Positions 9,733 to 18,371 of a DNA stretch of 64,000 nucleotides are shown here, piece after piece (the first letter of the stretch is position 1; each line of letters opens with the position of its first letter). Location of the stretch: contig JAXDQU010000011.1 of the NCBI GenBank assembly GCA_034667685.1, forward strand, positions 1-64,000. Direction: 5' to 3'. Origin of the DNA: Thermoplasmata archaeon (GTDB lineage: Archaea; Thermoplasmatota; SW-10-69-26; JACQPN01; JAJPHT01). The translations under genes and the position numbers were made by a program. The notes beneath the pieces are model-generated. The model had not been told where the DNA came from and made no database searches. It saw only the letters and a program-made list of their open reading frames with translations.

Positions 9733-11220
9733 ATGCGCTCCGCGTACGACGACCTCGTCCACCGTCTCCATCGCCTCTCGGGCCTGGGCGAGTCGGCCGC
9801 GCTCCTGCAGTGGGACATGGAGACGTACATGCCTCCGGGCGGCGCGGAGGCGCGCGCGATGCAGCTTGCGACGTTGAGCGCCCTCTCCCACGAGATGTTC
9901 ACGTCGCCCGAGCTGGGCCGCGCGCTCGCCATCGCCGAGAAGGAGGAGACGGACCCCAAGCACCGCGCCTTGCTCCGCGAGGTGCGGTTCGCGTACGACC
10001 GCGCCACGAAGGTCTCGACCGACCTCGTGGAGAAGATGAGCCACGCGACGGCGCGCGCGCTGCCGATCTGGACGAAGGCGCGGCAGGCCTCCGACTTCGC
10101 GGCGTTCCGGCCCGTACTGGAGGAGATCGTGGACCTCAAGCGCCAGTACGCGGCGGCCATCGACGCGAGCGCGCCTGCCTACGAGGTGCTCTTCCGCGAC
10201 TACGAGCCGTGGGTGTCGCTCGACGAGACGCGGCGCAACCTCGCGCGCCTCCGGGACGGGCTCAAGCCGCTCATCCAGAAGGCGGCAAGGCAGCCGCGAC
10301 CGCGCGACGTGTTCCAGGGCAAGTGGCCGCAGGCGGACCAGGCGGCGTTCTCCGTCGCGGTGCTGCGCGAGCTTGGCTACGACTTCGAGCGCGGCCGGCT
10401 TGATATCAGCGCGCACCCGTTCAGCACGGGCAACGTCTTCGACTCGCGCATTACAACGCGCTACGACGAGCAGAGCCCTCTGGGCGCGCTGCTCGGCACG
10501 ATCCACGAGTTCGGCCACTCGCTCTACACGCAGGGGCTCCCTCGCGAGGGCCACGGCACGCCGCTGGGCGAGGCGCGCGACATGGCGGTCCACGAGTCGC
10601 AGAGCCGCCTCTGGGAGAACCACGTCGGCCGCAGCCGCGCATTCTGGGAGCGCTGGATCGGCCCGATGCAGAAGGCGTTCCCGCACAACCTGAAGGGCGC
10701 GACGGCGGAGGACGCCTGGCGCGCCGTCAACGTCGTGGAGCCCAGCTTCATCCGCACCGAGGCGGACGAGCTGACGTACCACATGCACGTCACGCTCCGC
10801 TTCGAGATCGAGGAGGCCGTGATCGCCGGCAAGGCGCAGGTGCGCGACGTCCCCGCGATGTGGAACGAGCGCATGCAAAGCTATCTCGGCGTCACGCCGC
10901 CGGACGACAGGCAGGGTTGCCTCCAGGACATCCACTGGTCGCACGGCAGCTTTGGCTACTTCCCCACGTACAGCCTGGGCTCCATCCTTTCGGCGCAGCT
11001 CTTCGCGGCGTTCGAGCGCGAGCGCGGGCCCGCGGCGCCCTCGATCCGCGCCGGCGAGCACGCGCCGCTGCGCGCCTGGCTGCGCGAGAAGGTGCACCGG
11101 CACGGCAAGCGTTACGAGACCGGCGAGCTGGTCGAGCGCGCGACGGGCAAGGCGCTCGCGCCGGACGACTTCCTGGCCTACGCCAGGACCAAATATGGAG
11201 AACTCTGGAGCGCCCCATAG
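9733..11220 (+). CDS. Carboxypeptidase M32 family
   Basis: HPF, HEFGH, HESQ, IRTEADE, QDIHW, GYFPTY motifs. Confidence 0.95.
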   Translation: MRSAYDDLVHRLHRLSGLGESAALLQWDMETYMPPGGAEARAMQLATLSALSHEMFTSPELGRALAIAEKEETDPKHRALLREVRFAYDRATKVSTDLVEKMSHATARALPIWTKARQASDFAAFRPVLEEIVDLKRQYAAAIDASAPAYEVLFRDYEPWVSLDETRRNLARLRDGLKPLIQKAARQPRPRDVFQGKWPQADQAAFSVAVLRELGYDFERGRLDISAHPFSTGNVFDSRITTRYDEQSPLGALLGTIHEFGHSLYTQGLPREGHGTPLGEARDMAVHESQSRLWENHVGRSRAFWERWIGPMQKAFPHNLKGATAEDAWRAVNVVEPSFIRTEADELTYHMHVTLRFEIEEAVIAGKAQVRDVPAMWNERMQSYLGVTPPDDRQGCLQDIHWSHGSFGYFPTYSLGSILSAQLFAAFERERGPAAPSIRAGEHAPLRAWLREKVHRHGKRYETGELVERATGKALAPDDFLAYARTKYGELWSAP

Positions 11221-11274
11221 CTTCCAGAGGAAACGGCCTAACCCGCCGGGTGCCAGTGGGATTCTGGAGTCCCC

Positions 11275-11958
11275 ATGAAGCTCAAGGACTGGCTCGTCCC
11301 GCGCGAGGAGCGTTTCTTCGACGTCATGAAGGAGCAGAGCGCCCTCGTGCAGGAAGGGGCCGAGGCCCTGGTCGAGATGCTGGAGCGCTACGACGCCGCC
11401 GTGAAGGCCGGCACGGGCGACGCGACGACCACGGGCGCTGCGCCCAAGACCGTGCGCGACCACAAGCGCAAGATCAAGGAGATCGAGCACCGCGGCGACA
11501 TGAAGACGCACGAGCTCTACACCGCGCTCAACGCGACGTTCATCACGCCGCTGGACCGCGAGGACATCGGCAACCTCGCCAGCGCGCTCGACGACATCCT
11601 CGACTTCACCTACGCGACGGCGAACCACCTGCACCTCTACGACGTGCGCAAGGTGCCCAAGGAGCTTCTCGAGGTCGCCATGCTCCTGCGCGATCAGACC
11701 GTCCACCTGCGCGACGTGCTCACCTGGCTCTCGGACCCCGGGCGCCGCGAAGATATCAAAGCCAAGCTCGTCGAGATCCACAGCCTGGAGAACCAGGCCG
11801 ACGACCTCACCAACCGCGCGAAGGCCGAGCTGTTCGCCCAGGACGACGTCAAGCACATCATCAAGATGAAGGACATCCTCGAGTACCTCGAGACGGCCAC
11901 CGACAAGTGCGAGGACGCGGCCGACGTCGTCCGCGACATCCTCGTGAAGCACCAGTGA
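11275..11958 (+). CDS. DUF47 phosphate transport regulator
   Basis: IEHRGD, TFITPLDREDI, LENQADD; directly upstream of pit. Confidence 0.9.
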   Translation: MKLKDWLVPREERFFDVMKEQSALVQEGAEALVEMLERYDAAVKAGTGDATTTGAAPKTVRDHKRKIKEIEHRGDMKTHELYTALNATFITPLDREDIGNLASALDDILDFTYATANHLHLYDVRKVPKELLEVAMLLRDQTVHLRDVLTWLSDPGRREDIKAKLVEIHSLENQADDLTNRAKAELFAQDDVKHIIKMKDILEYLETATDKCEDAADVVRDILVKHQ

Positions 11959-11967
11959 GGCCTCGCC

Positions 11968-13407
11968 ATGCTGGACTTCCTCGCCGGCGCCTGGGCCTTC
12001 GTCGCCGCGCACCCGTTCATCAGCGGCACGATCCTCGTCGCGCTCGCGTTCGACTTCGTGAACGGCTTCCACGACTCCGCCAACGCGATCGCCACCGTGA
12101 TCGCGACGAAGGTCATGACGCCCGGCCAGGCCCTCGTGATGGCGGCGCTCTTCAACTTCCTCGGACCCTTCCTCTTCGGCACCGCCGTCGCGGGCGCCGT
12201 GGGCGCGGGCATCATCGACGTCTCCGCGTTCGGCGCGATTGCGCTCCCCAACGTCATCTTCGCGGCCCTCGTGGGCGCCATCGTCTGGAACCTCATCACG
12301 TGGTACATCGGCCTGCCCAGCTCGTCCTCGCACGCGCTCGTGGGCGGGCTCGTGGGCGCGGCGCTCGCGGCGTTGGGCCCGGCCGGCGTCATCCTGCCTC
12401 AGTGGAAGGAGGCCGAGGACATCGGCCGCTACGCGCTCTACGGCGCCGCGGCGGGGCTCGCGGCCGGCCTCGCGGCGCTGGCGCTCTCGCGCGCCCGCCT
12501 GCCCCGGCCCGCGTTCGCGCCGATGACGGTCGTGGGCGCGCTCGTCCTGGGCGGCCTCTTCTTCCGCGCCAACGCGCTGCCCGCGATCGCCGTGGCGGCC
12601 CTCGCGCAGTACGCGCTCCACGTGGCGATCGCGGTGCTCATCGGCGCGTTCCTCGGCGCCATCCTCTGGATGATCACGCAGCACAAGATGGGCGCGGACC
12701 TCGTGGTCTCCGTCGTCGGGTTCGGCGCCGTGGTGAGCATCGGGCTGGGCGTGCTCACGAAGGGGCTCGTGCTCCGCAAGCTCACCGCGACGATCCTCTT
12801 CATGGTCCTCTCGCCGCTCCTGGGCTTCCTCGCCGGCTTCCTGCTGATGGCCGTCGTCGCGTGGCTCGCCCTGGGCGCGGACCCGGCGAGGGCCTCGACG
12901 ACCTCGAAGCGCCTCCAGCTCGTCTCGGCGGCCTTCTACTCGCTCACGCACGGCACGAACGACGCGCAGAAGACGATGGGCGTCATCGCCGTGCTGCTCT
13001 TGGCCGCGGGCGCGACCGCGGGCGGCGTGAGCACGGGCAGCCTGCCGGTCCCGACGTGGGTCATCCTCGCGAGCGCGACCGCGATGGGCCTGGGCACGCT
13101 CTTCGGAGGCCAGCGCATCATCCACACGATGGCGACGCGGATCACGCACCTGACGCCCGCGCAGGGCTTCGCCGCCTCCGCCGCGGGCGGCGTCGTGCTC
13201 GCGGGCATGGCGGAGGCGGGCATCCCCGTCTCCACCACGCACGCGATCAGCGGCAGCATCATGGGCGTGGGCGCCACGCGCGGCGCGAGCGCGGTCCGCT
13301 GGGGCGTCGGCCGCCGCATCGTGGGCGCGTGGATCTTCACGATCCCCGCCGCGGCCTTCGTGGCGTTCCTCGCGTTCAAGGCGCTCGCGATGCTGCACGG
13401 GTCCTGA
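11968..13407 (+). CDS. pit: Inorganic phosphate transporter (PiT family)
   Basis: NGFHDSANAIAT, GLPSSSSHA, HGTNDAQKTMG, GIPVSTTH. Confidence 0.93.
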   Translation: MLDFLAGAWAFVAAHPFISGTILVALAFDFVNGFHDSANAIATVIATKVMTPGQALVMAALFNFLGPFLFGTAVAGAVGAGIIDVSAFGAIALPNVIFAALVGAIVWNLITWYIGLPSSSSHALVGGLVGAALAALGPAGVILPQWKEAEDIGRYALYGAAAGLAAGLAALALSRARLPRPAFAPMTVVGALVLGGLFFRANALPAIAVAALAQYALHVAIAVLIGAFLGAILWMITQHKMGADLVVSVVGFGAVVSIGLGVLTKGLVLRKLTATILFMVLSPLLGFLAGFLLMAVVAWLALGADPARASTTSKRLQLVSAAFYSLTHGTNDAQKTMGVIAVLLLAAGATAGGVSTGSLPVPTWVILASATAMGLGTLFGGQRIIHTMATRITHLTPAQGFAASAAGGVVLAGMAEAGIPVSTTHAISGSIMGVGATRGASAVRWGVGRRIVGAWIFTIPAAAFVAFLAFKALAMLHGS

Positions 13408-13411
13408 GGGC

Positions 13412-13756
13412 CTATCCTAGACGCGCCTTCGTGATCGCCACGAGGCGTGTGTAGCCGATCTCCCTGTCATCGACCACGACGACGAGGACGACGCGTCCCT
13501 CTTTGTCGACCGTGTAGATCGCGCGGTAGTCTCCCACCCTCAGCCGGTAGAGGTCATCGTCCCCGCCGACATCCTCGAGCTTCAGGACGTCGACGCCGGG
13601 GCGCGGGCGGAACGGATCGTGCTGAAGCTCGTCGATCCCGGCCTCCATCCTTTCCTGGATGGCGTCGGGCAGCGCTTCGAACTCGTCGAGCGCCTTCTCG
13701 TGGAGCTTGACTGCGTACTTGGGAGGGCCCCGGTTTCCAAGAGGATGGGACTTCAT
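13412..13756 (-). CDS. RelE/ParE family toxin
   Basis: YRLRVGDYRAIY motif; downstream of a small antitoxin-like gene. Confidence 0.85.
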   Translation of the reverse strand: MKSHPLGNRGPPKYAVKLHEKALDEFEALPDAIQERMEAGIDELQHDPFRPRPGVDVLKLEDVGGDDDLYRLRVGDYRAIYTVDKEGRVVLVVVVDDREIGYTRLVAITKARLG

Positions 13757-13761
13757 CCGGG

Positions 13762-13998
13762 TCACTTGCGCGGACTGCGCGAGGCGCGCCTCGCTTTCGC
13801 GTCGTCCCACGAGACGGCCTTGGCGCGACCTTGACGAAGCTCGGCGAGGCGGCGCTCGGCCTCTTCGATCGCGGCGTCACGAGGGAAGTGCGCGGCCATC
13901 TCCTTCAGAAGCTCGTCCCACGAGCGGTCGCCCTTGAGCAGGGCAAGCTCGCGCTTCGTCGCGTTGCTGATGGTGATGGTCGTCTGGGATTCTGTCAT
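13762..13998 (-). CDS. Antitoxin (RHH-like N-terminus)
   Basis: TTITISNATKRELALLKGDRSWDELL..AVSWDD; co-oriented just upstream of the toxin. Confidence 0.7.
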   Translation of the reverse strand: MTESQTTITISNATKRELALLKGDRSWDELLKEMAAHFPRDAAIEEAERRLAELRQGRAKAVSWDDAKARRASRSPRK

Positions 13999-14033
13999 GG
14001 AACAGTCTCCGACATTCTGTCAGCGCGCGTTCC

Positions 14034-14435
14034 TTAGCCCCGTCTGGAGCCTCGGTCGTGCGCGAGGTTCCAATTATGCAATTGGATGATTGGACAATTA
14101 AGCCTTCCGCCCTTCAGCCCCATCTGCAGCGCCTCAGCGAGGTGCAGCGGTCGCCGCCCGGTCGCGTGCTCGGTCTGCGTGCGGCACGAGAAGCCGTCCG
14201 CGAGGAGCAGCGTCGCCGCGTCCGCCGCGCGCGCCTTGGGCAGGATGCCCAGCTCGCCCACCTGCGGCGAGACGGCGTAGCGCGTCCGCTCGAAGCCGAA
14301 CCCGCCCGCCATCCTGCAGCAGAGCGGCTTCGCGGGGATGCGCACCCGGAAGCCCGCGGCCTCCAGCACGTCGACGACGGCCCAGCGCATCTCGGGGTGG
14401 AAGTGGTCGTTGAACGTGTCGGGCCGCAGGAGCAC
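14034..14435 (-). pseudogene. Internally deleted C-terminal remnant of an FAD/(Fe-S) CCG-domain oxidoreductase
   Basis: DTFNDHFHP..VLEAAGF..LCC joined directly to xMAGGFGFE..ADGFSCRTQ..HLAE; N-terminal domains and the inter-CCG region are missing. Confidence 0.7.
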
Positions 14436-14530
14436 CTCGCGCTCGCCGTCGGCAATCCGACTTGCACCCCTTGCAGCGAGGCAGAGGTCGTGCGTCCTTC
14501 ACCCCTGTTGAATCGTGAGCGGTTTGGACG

Positions 14531-15649
14531 TCAGGGGGCTCCGTCCCCTGAAACCCCCTTGGCCGTCCAGTCGAGGACCTTCTTGATGACCTGCGGGCCA
14601 TCGAGCTTGTAGGCGACCTCGACTTCCTGGGGCGCGAAGACGTGCGTGACGATGCGCTCCGTCTCGTGGGGCCAGCGCGCCCGGAACTCGGCGAGCCTGC
14701 GCATGGCGACCTCGAAGTGCCTGCGGCCGCTGTTGACGCTGCCGAACATCGCCTGGTTCTGGAGCACCATCTGCCGCATGATGTCGTCGCCGGGCACCGC
14801 GAAGGGAGGCCTCTCTTCCGGAACGCCCAGCATCGCCATGACGCCGTTCCCCGCGAGCGTCTGCACGCAGTCGAACGCCACCTCCGGGACGCCCGTCGCC
14901 TCGATGACGAGGTCGAAGCCGCCCACCTCCCGCGCGAGGTCGGCCACCTTCGTCTCGCGCGCGTCGACGTGCTTCACGCCCAGCGATGATAGCAGCTTGG
15001 CCGGCGCGGAGTCCTCGGGCTCGCGGTCCATCGCCCAGACGTCCATGCCCTCGGAGCGCAGCAGGAAGCAGCCCACGGTGCCCAGGCTTCCGGTGCCCGC
15101 GAGGAGCGCGCGCTTGCCTCGGAACTCGTCCTCCTGCTCGAACCACGGGATGCGCCGCTGGATGCGCCGCGCCTCCTCGTACGCCTTCACGACGATGGAG
15201 AGCGGCTCGGTGAGCACGGCGAGGCTGCCGATGCCGGCGGGCGCCTTCACGAGCGTGGCGGGGTCGTCGGCCCACAGGTCGCGGTAGAAGCCGTCGAGCC
15301 CCTTGATGCCGTGCTCCCGATATCCCTCGGTGGGGCAGAAGTCGGCGTGGCGCAGGCACGCGACGCACTGGCCGCAGCCGTGGCGCACCAGCGGCACGAC
15401 GCGGTCGCCCGGCGCGAGGCCCGATCCCTCCGGCGCCTCGACGACCTCGCCCAGGCACTCGTGGCCCAGCACCAGCTCGTCCCGGCCTTCGGGGAACGCG
15501 CCGTGCGCGCCTGATAGCACCTCGTCGTCCGTGCCGTCGAGCCCGGCGTAGAGCGTGCGCGCGAGCGCCTGCACCTCCCGCCGCGCGGGCTCGGGGCGCT
15601 CCACGAGGCGCGGCGCGTGCTCCCCCTTGCGCAGGACGATCGCGCGCAT
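14531..15649 (-). CDS. gdh: Zn-dependent glucose 1-dehydrogenase (MDR family)
   Basis: GLDGTD, LGHE, four-Cys structural Zn motif, EPLSIVVK, GTGSLG, FGSVNS. Confidence 0.85.
   Translation of the reverse strand: MRAIVLRKGEHAPRLVERPEPARREVQALARTLYAGLDGTDDEVLSGAHGAFPEGRDELVLGHECLGEVVEAPEGSGLAPGDRVVPLVRHGCGQCVACLRHADFCPTEGYREHGIKGLDGFYRDLWADDPATLVKAPAGIGSLAVLTEPLSIVVKAYEEARRIQRRIPWFEQEDEFRGKRALLAGTGSLGTVGCFLLRSEGMDVWAMDREPEDSAPAKLLSSLGVKHVDARETKVADLAREVGGFDLVIEATGVPEVAFDCVQTLAGNGVMAMLGVPEERPPFAVPGDDIMRQMVLQNQAMFGSVNSGRRHFEVAMRRLAEFRARWPHETERIVTHVFAPQEVEVAYKLDGPQVIKKVLDWTAKGVSGDGAP
14532..14558 (-). repeat. Dispersed G/C hairpin motif copy
   Basis: Reverse complement gggggtttcaggggacggagccccctg; related copies at 51678, 51752, 60066. 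Confidence 0.55.
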
Positions 15650-17326
15650 TCAGGCCACCTCCATCCGCCGGCGCCGCTCGGCCGGCTCGTGCGCGCCGCG
15701 CTCGCGCGTGGAGGAGGGATCGACGAGCTGCCAGGCCGCGCTCACCAGCGCCGCGTGCGTGAACGCCTGCGGGAAGTTGCCCAGGTGGCGCTTGGCGACC
15801 GGGTCATACTCCTCGGCGTAGAGCCCGAGCGGCGAGGCGAGCGCCGCGAGCCGGTCGAACGCCTCCTGCGCCTCGTCGCGCCGGCCCGCGAGCGCCAGCG
15901 CCTCCACGAGCCAGAACGAGCACGCCAGGAACGCGCCCTCCTTGCCTTCGAGCCCGTCGGCCTTCGCGTACCGCAGCAGGAAGCCGCCCTGCGAGAGCTG
16001 CTCGCGCGCCTCGCGCAACGTCGCCTGATAGCGCGCGTCGTCGGGGCGCACGAACCCGACGATCGCGAGGCGCAGGTTCGATGCGTCGGCCGCGCGGTCG
16101 CCGTACGCCTGCGTGAACGCGCCGGTCTCCGGGTCGACGCCCTGCTCCATCACGTCGCGCCGGATCTCCCCGCGCGTCGCGTCCCACCGCGCCAAGGGCG
16201 CCGGCAGCCCGTAGTCCTCCGCGGTCCTGATCGCGCGGTCCACCGCGACCCACGCCATGACCTTGGAGTACGTGAGCTGCCGCTTGCCGTGGGGAAGCTC
16301 CCAGATGCCGTGGTCCGGCTCGCGCCAGCGCGCGCAGCAGCGCTCCACCAGCTCGACGACGTGCGGCCACAGGTGGCGCCGCTCCGGCCTGCGCAGGCCT
16401 TGCCAGAGGTGCAGGCACTCCATGACGTGGCCGTAGGCGTCGAGCTGGAACTGGTCGACGGCGTCGTTGCCGAAGCGCACCGGCCGCGAGTCCGCGTAGC
16501 CGGGCAGGTCCGCGTGCGTCTCGCGCGGCGCGGGCGCCCCCTCGACCGTGTAGAGCACGCGCAGGTCCTTCGCCGGCGCGGCGGCCACGGTGCGCAGCAG
16601 CCAGCCGGCGAGCGCGCGCGCCTCGTCGCGGTAGCCCGACGAGACGAACGCATCCATGCAGAAGCCCGTGTCGCGCAGCCACGCGAACCGGTAGTCCCAG
16701 TTGCGCACGCCGCCGAGCGTCTCGGGGAGGCTCGTGGTGGGCGCGGCGACCATCGCCCCCGTCGGCGCGTAGCGCATGGCCTTGAGCGCGAGCAGGCTGC
16801 GCACGACGAGGTCGCGGTGCGCGCCGTCGTACTCGCAGCGCTCGGCCCAGCCGCGCCACGCCCGCAACGTCGCGTCCAGCGCGGCGCGCGCCTCGCCCGC
16901 ATCCGGCGCCGCGGGCCCGCCCTCGCTCCACGCGAAGGCCGCGGCCTCGCCCGCGCGCAGCCGGACCTCGCGGCGCCATCCGCCCGGCATCGTGGCCTCG
17001 ATCGTCGCCTCGCCATCCAGGCACTCGGCGAGCCGGACGACGCTCGTGCGCTCGGCGGGATAGGGCATGAAGTCGTGGACGCGCGCCGCGCCGGCCGCCC
17101 CGCGCCACGCGGTCACGAGGACGTTGGTCTGCGCCGCGTAGCCGAACGACGTGACCTGGGCGTCACGCATCGCGAGCGACATCTCGTGGGGACCGCCCAG
17201 GATGGCATCGCAGGCCGGCATGCTATCAAAGCGCGGCGCGCACCACCACACGACGCGGCCGCCGGGCGCCACGAGCGCGGCGCTCAGGCAGTCGCCGATC
17301 AGGCCGTGGTCCTCGATGGGCCTCAC
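15650..17326 (-). CDS. Glycoside hydrolase family 15 (glucoamylase/trehalase-like)
   Basis: IEDHGLIGD, AAPTTSLPE..RNWDYRFAWLRD, PDHGIWE, LGNFPQAFTH; GTG start overlaps the upstream stop. Confidence 0.92.
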   Translation of the reverse strand: MRPIEDHGLIGDCLSAALVAPGGRVVWWCAPRFDSMPACDAILGGPHEMSLAMRDAQVTSFGYAAQTNVLVTAWRGAAGAARVHDFMPYPAERTSVVRLAECLDGEATIEATMPGGWRREVRLRAGEAAAFAWSEGGPAAPDAGEARAALDATLRAWRGWAERCEYDGAHRDLVVRSLLALKAMRYAPTGAMVAAPTTSLPETLGGVRNWDYRFAWLRDTGFCMDAFVSSGYRDEARALAGWLLRTVAAAPAKDLRVLYTVEGAPAPRETHADLPGYADSRPVRFGNDAVDQFQLDAYGHVMECLHLWQGLRRPERRHLWPHVVELVERCCARWREPDHGIWELPHGKRQLTYSKVMAWVAVDRAIRTAEDYGLPAPLARWDATRGEIRRDVMEQGVDPETGAFTQAYGDRAADASNLRLAIVGFVRPDDARYQATLREAREQLSQGGFLLRYAKADGLEGKEGAFLACSFWLVEALALAGRRDEAQEAFDRLAALASPLGLYAEEYDPVAKRHLGNFPQAFTHAALVSAAWQLVDPSSTRERGAHEPAERRRRMEVA

Positions 17327-18030
17327 GCGCGCCTCACGGGCTCCTGCGGCGCCGCCCGCGCGGCCCAGCGGACCATCTGCGCGACGAACGCCACGTAGGC
17401 TGTGCCCATCTCCTCGCCCTCGGGGCCCGGCACCGCGGACTCGCCCCAGTCGGTGAGCCCGCCGCTCCAGTGCGGCGCGAGGTCGCCCGCGTACGCGACG
17501 ACGCGCCCCTCGCCCACGCCGCCCGCCACGAGCAGCGGCGCGCCGCGCACGTTCACGCGCGGGCCCTCGGGCGTGAGCGCGGCCTCGCGCGCCTCCAGCA
17601 CGACGTGCGCCGCGGGCTTCGGCGTCAGCTGGTTGTGGCCGCAGAGCACGGGCGGGCGCGACCAGTCGAGCGCGCCGAGGATCGCGTGCGGGCCGATGGG
17701 CACCGGGTAACAGCCGGCCACGCTGGCGTGCCTGTCGTCGCCGTCGAGCATCGTGACCGGCAGCGCCTCCGCGAGCGGGCTGCGCGCGTAGCCGCCGCGG
17801 CCGAACGAGCGCCAGCCCCCGACCATGACGAGGCCAAGGCCCGACGCGACGTCGCGGACCAGGGCGCGCGCCGCGTCGACGCCGAGCCGCTCCGCCCCGT
17901 AGTCCGAGAGCATCACCGCATCGCAGCCGCGCCAGCGGGGCTCGGGCTCGACCTCGATGCCGGCAGCGGCGAACGCGCCGAGCAGGTACTTCGTGGAGCA
18001 CTTGTCCCCTTCGAGATAGCAAATCCTCAA
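17323..18030 (-). CDS. Class I glutamine amidotransferase-like protein
   Basis: DAVMLSD, GLGLVMVGGWRSFGRGGY..PLAEALPV, GEGRVVAY..PHW. Confidence 0.7.
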   Translation of the reverse strand: MRICYLEGDKCSTKYLLGAFAAAGIEVEPEPRWRGCDAVMLSDYGAERLGVDAARALVRDVASGLGLVMVGGWRSFGRGGYARSPLAEALPVTMLDGDDRHASVAGCYPVPIGPHAILGALDWSRPPVLCGHNQLTPKPAAHVVLEAREAALTPEGPRVNVRGAPLLVAGGVGEGRVVAYAGDLAPHWSGGLTDWGESAVPGPEGEEMGTAYVAFVAQMVRWAARAAPQEPVRRA

Positions 18031-18371
18031 GCGTGGATGCCTCCGGCGTCGAGCTTCGCGATGCCGCGGATCACGAGGAAGACGTCGCTGCGCTCGCGGA
18101 TCCGCGCGGCGAAGGCCGCGACGGCGGCGCCGATGACGTCCTCGATCTCCTCGGCCGCCATACGGCGGATCTCGTCGAGCGGCAGGCCGCAGAGCGCCTG
18201 ACAGCTGGGGTGACCCACGTGGCCGATGCCGATGCGCGCGTCGCCCGGCATCCCGCCGCCCGTCTCGCCGAGGTGGACGAGCTCGTCGCGCGGCGCGAGG
18301 ATCGCGGCGTCGTCGGGCACGTCGAGGGGCGCGCCCTCAGCGCCGTCGTACGTCTCGAACCTGATCCTCAT
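18027..18371 (-). CDS. Hypothetical protein
   Basis: 114-aa ORF translationally coupled within the operon. Confidence 0.55.
   Translation of the reverse strand: MRIRFETYDGAEGAPLDVPDDAAILAPRDELVHLGETGGGMPGDARIGIGHVGHPSCQALCGLPLDEIRRMAAEEIEDVIGAAVAAFAARIRERSDVFLVIRGIAKLDAGGIHA

Noticed and set aside
8875-13398. 1507-aa minus-strand ORF
   Set aside because: Shadow of the M32/DUF47/pit genes; only the last 91 aa (SUI1) are real
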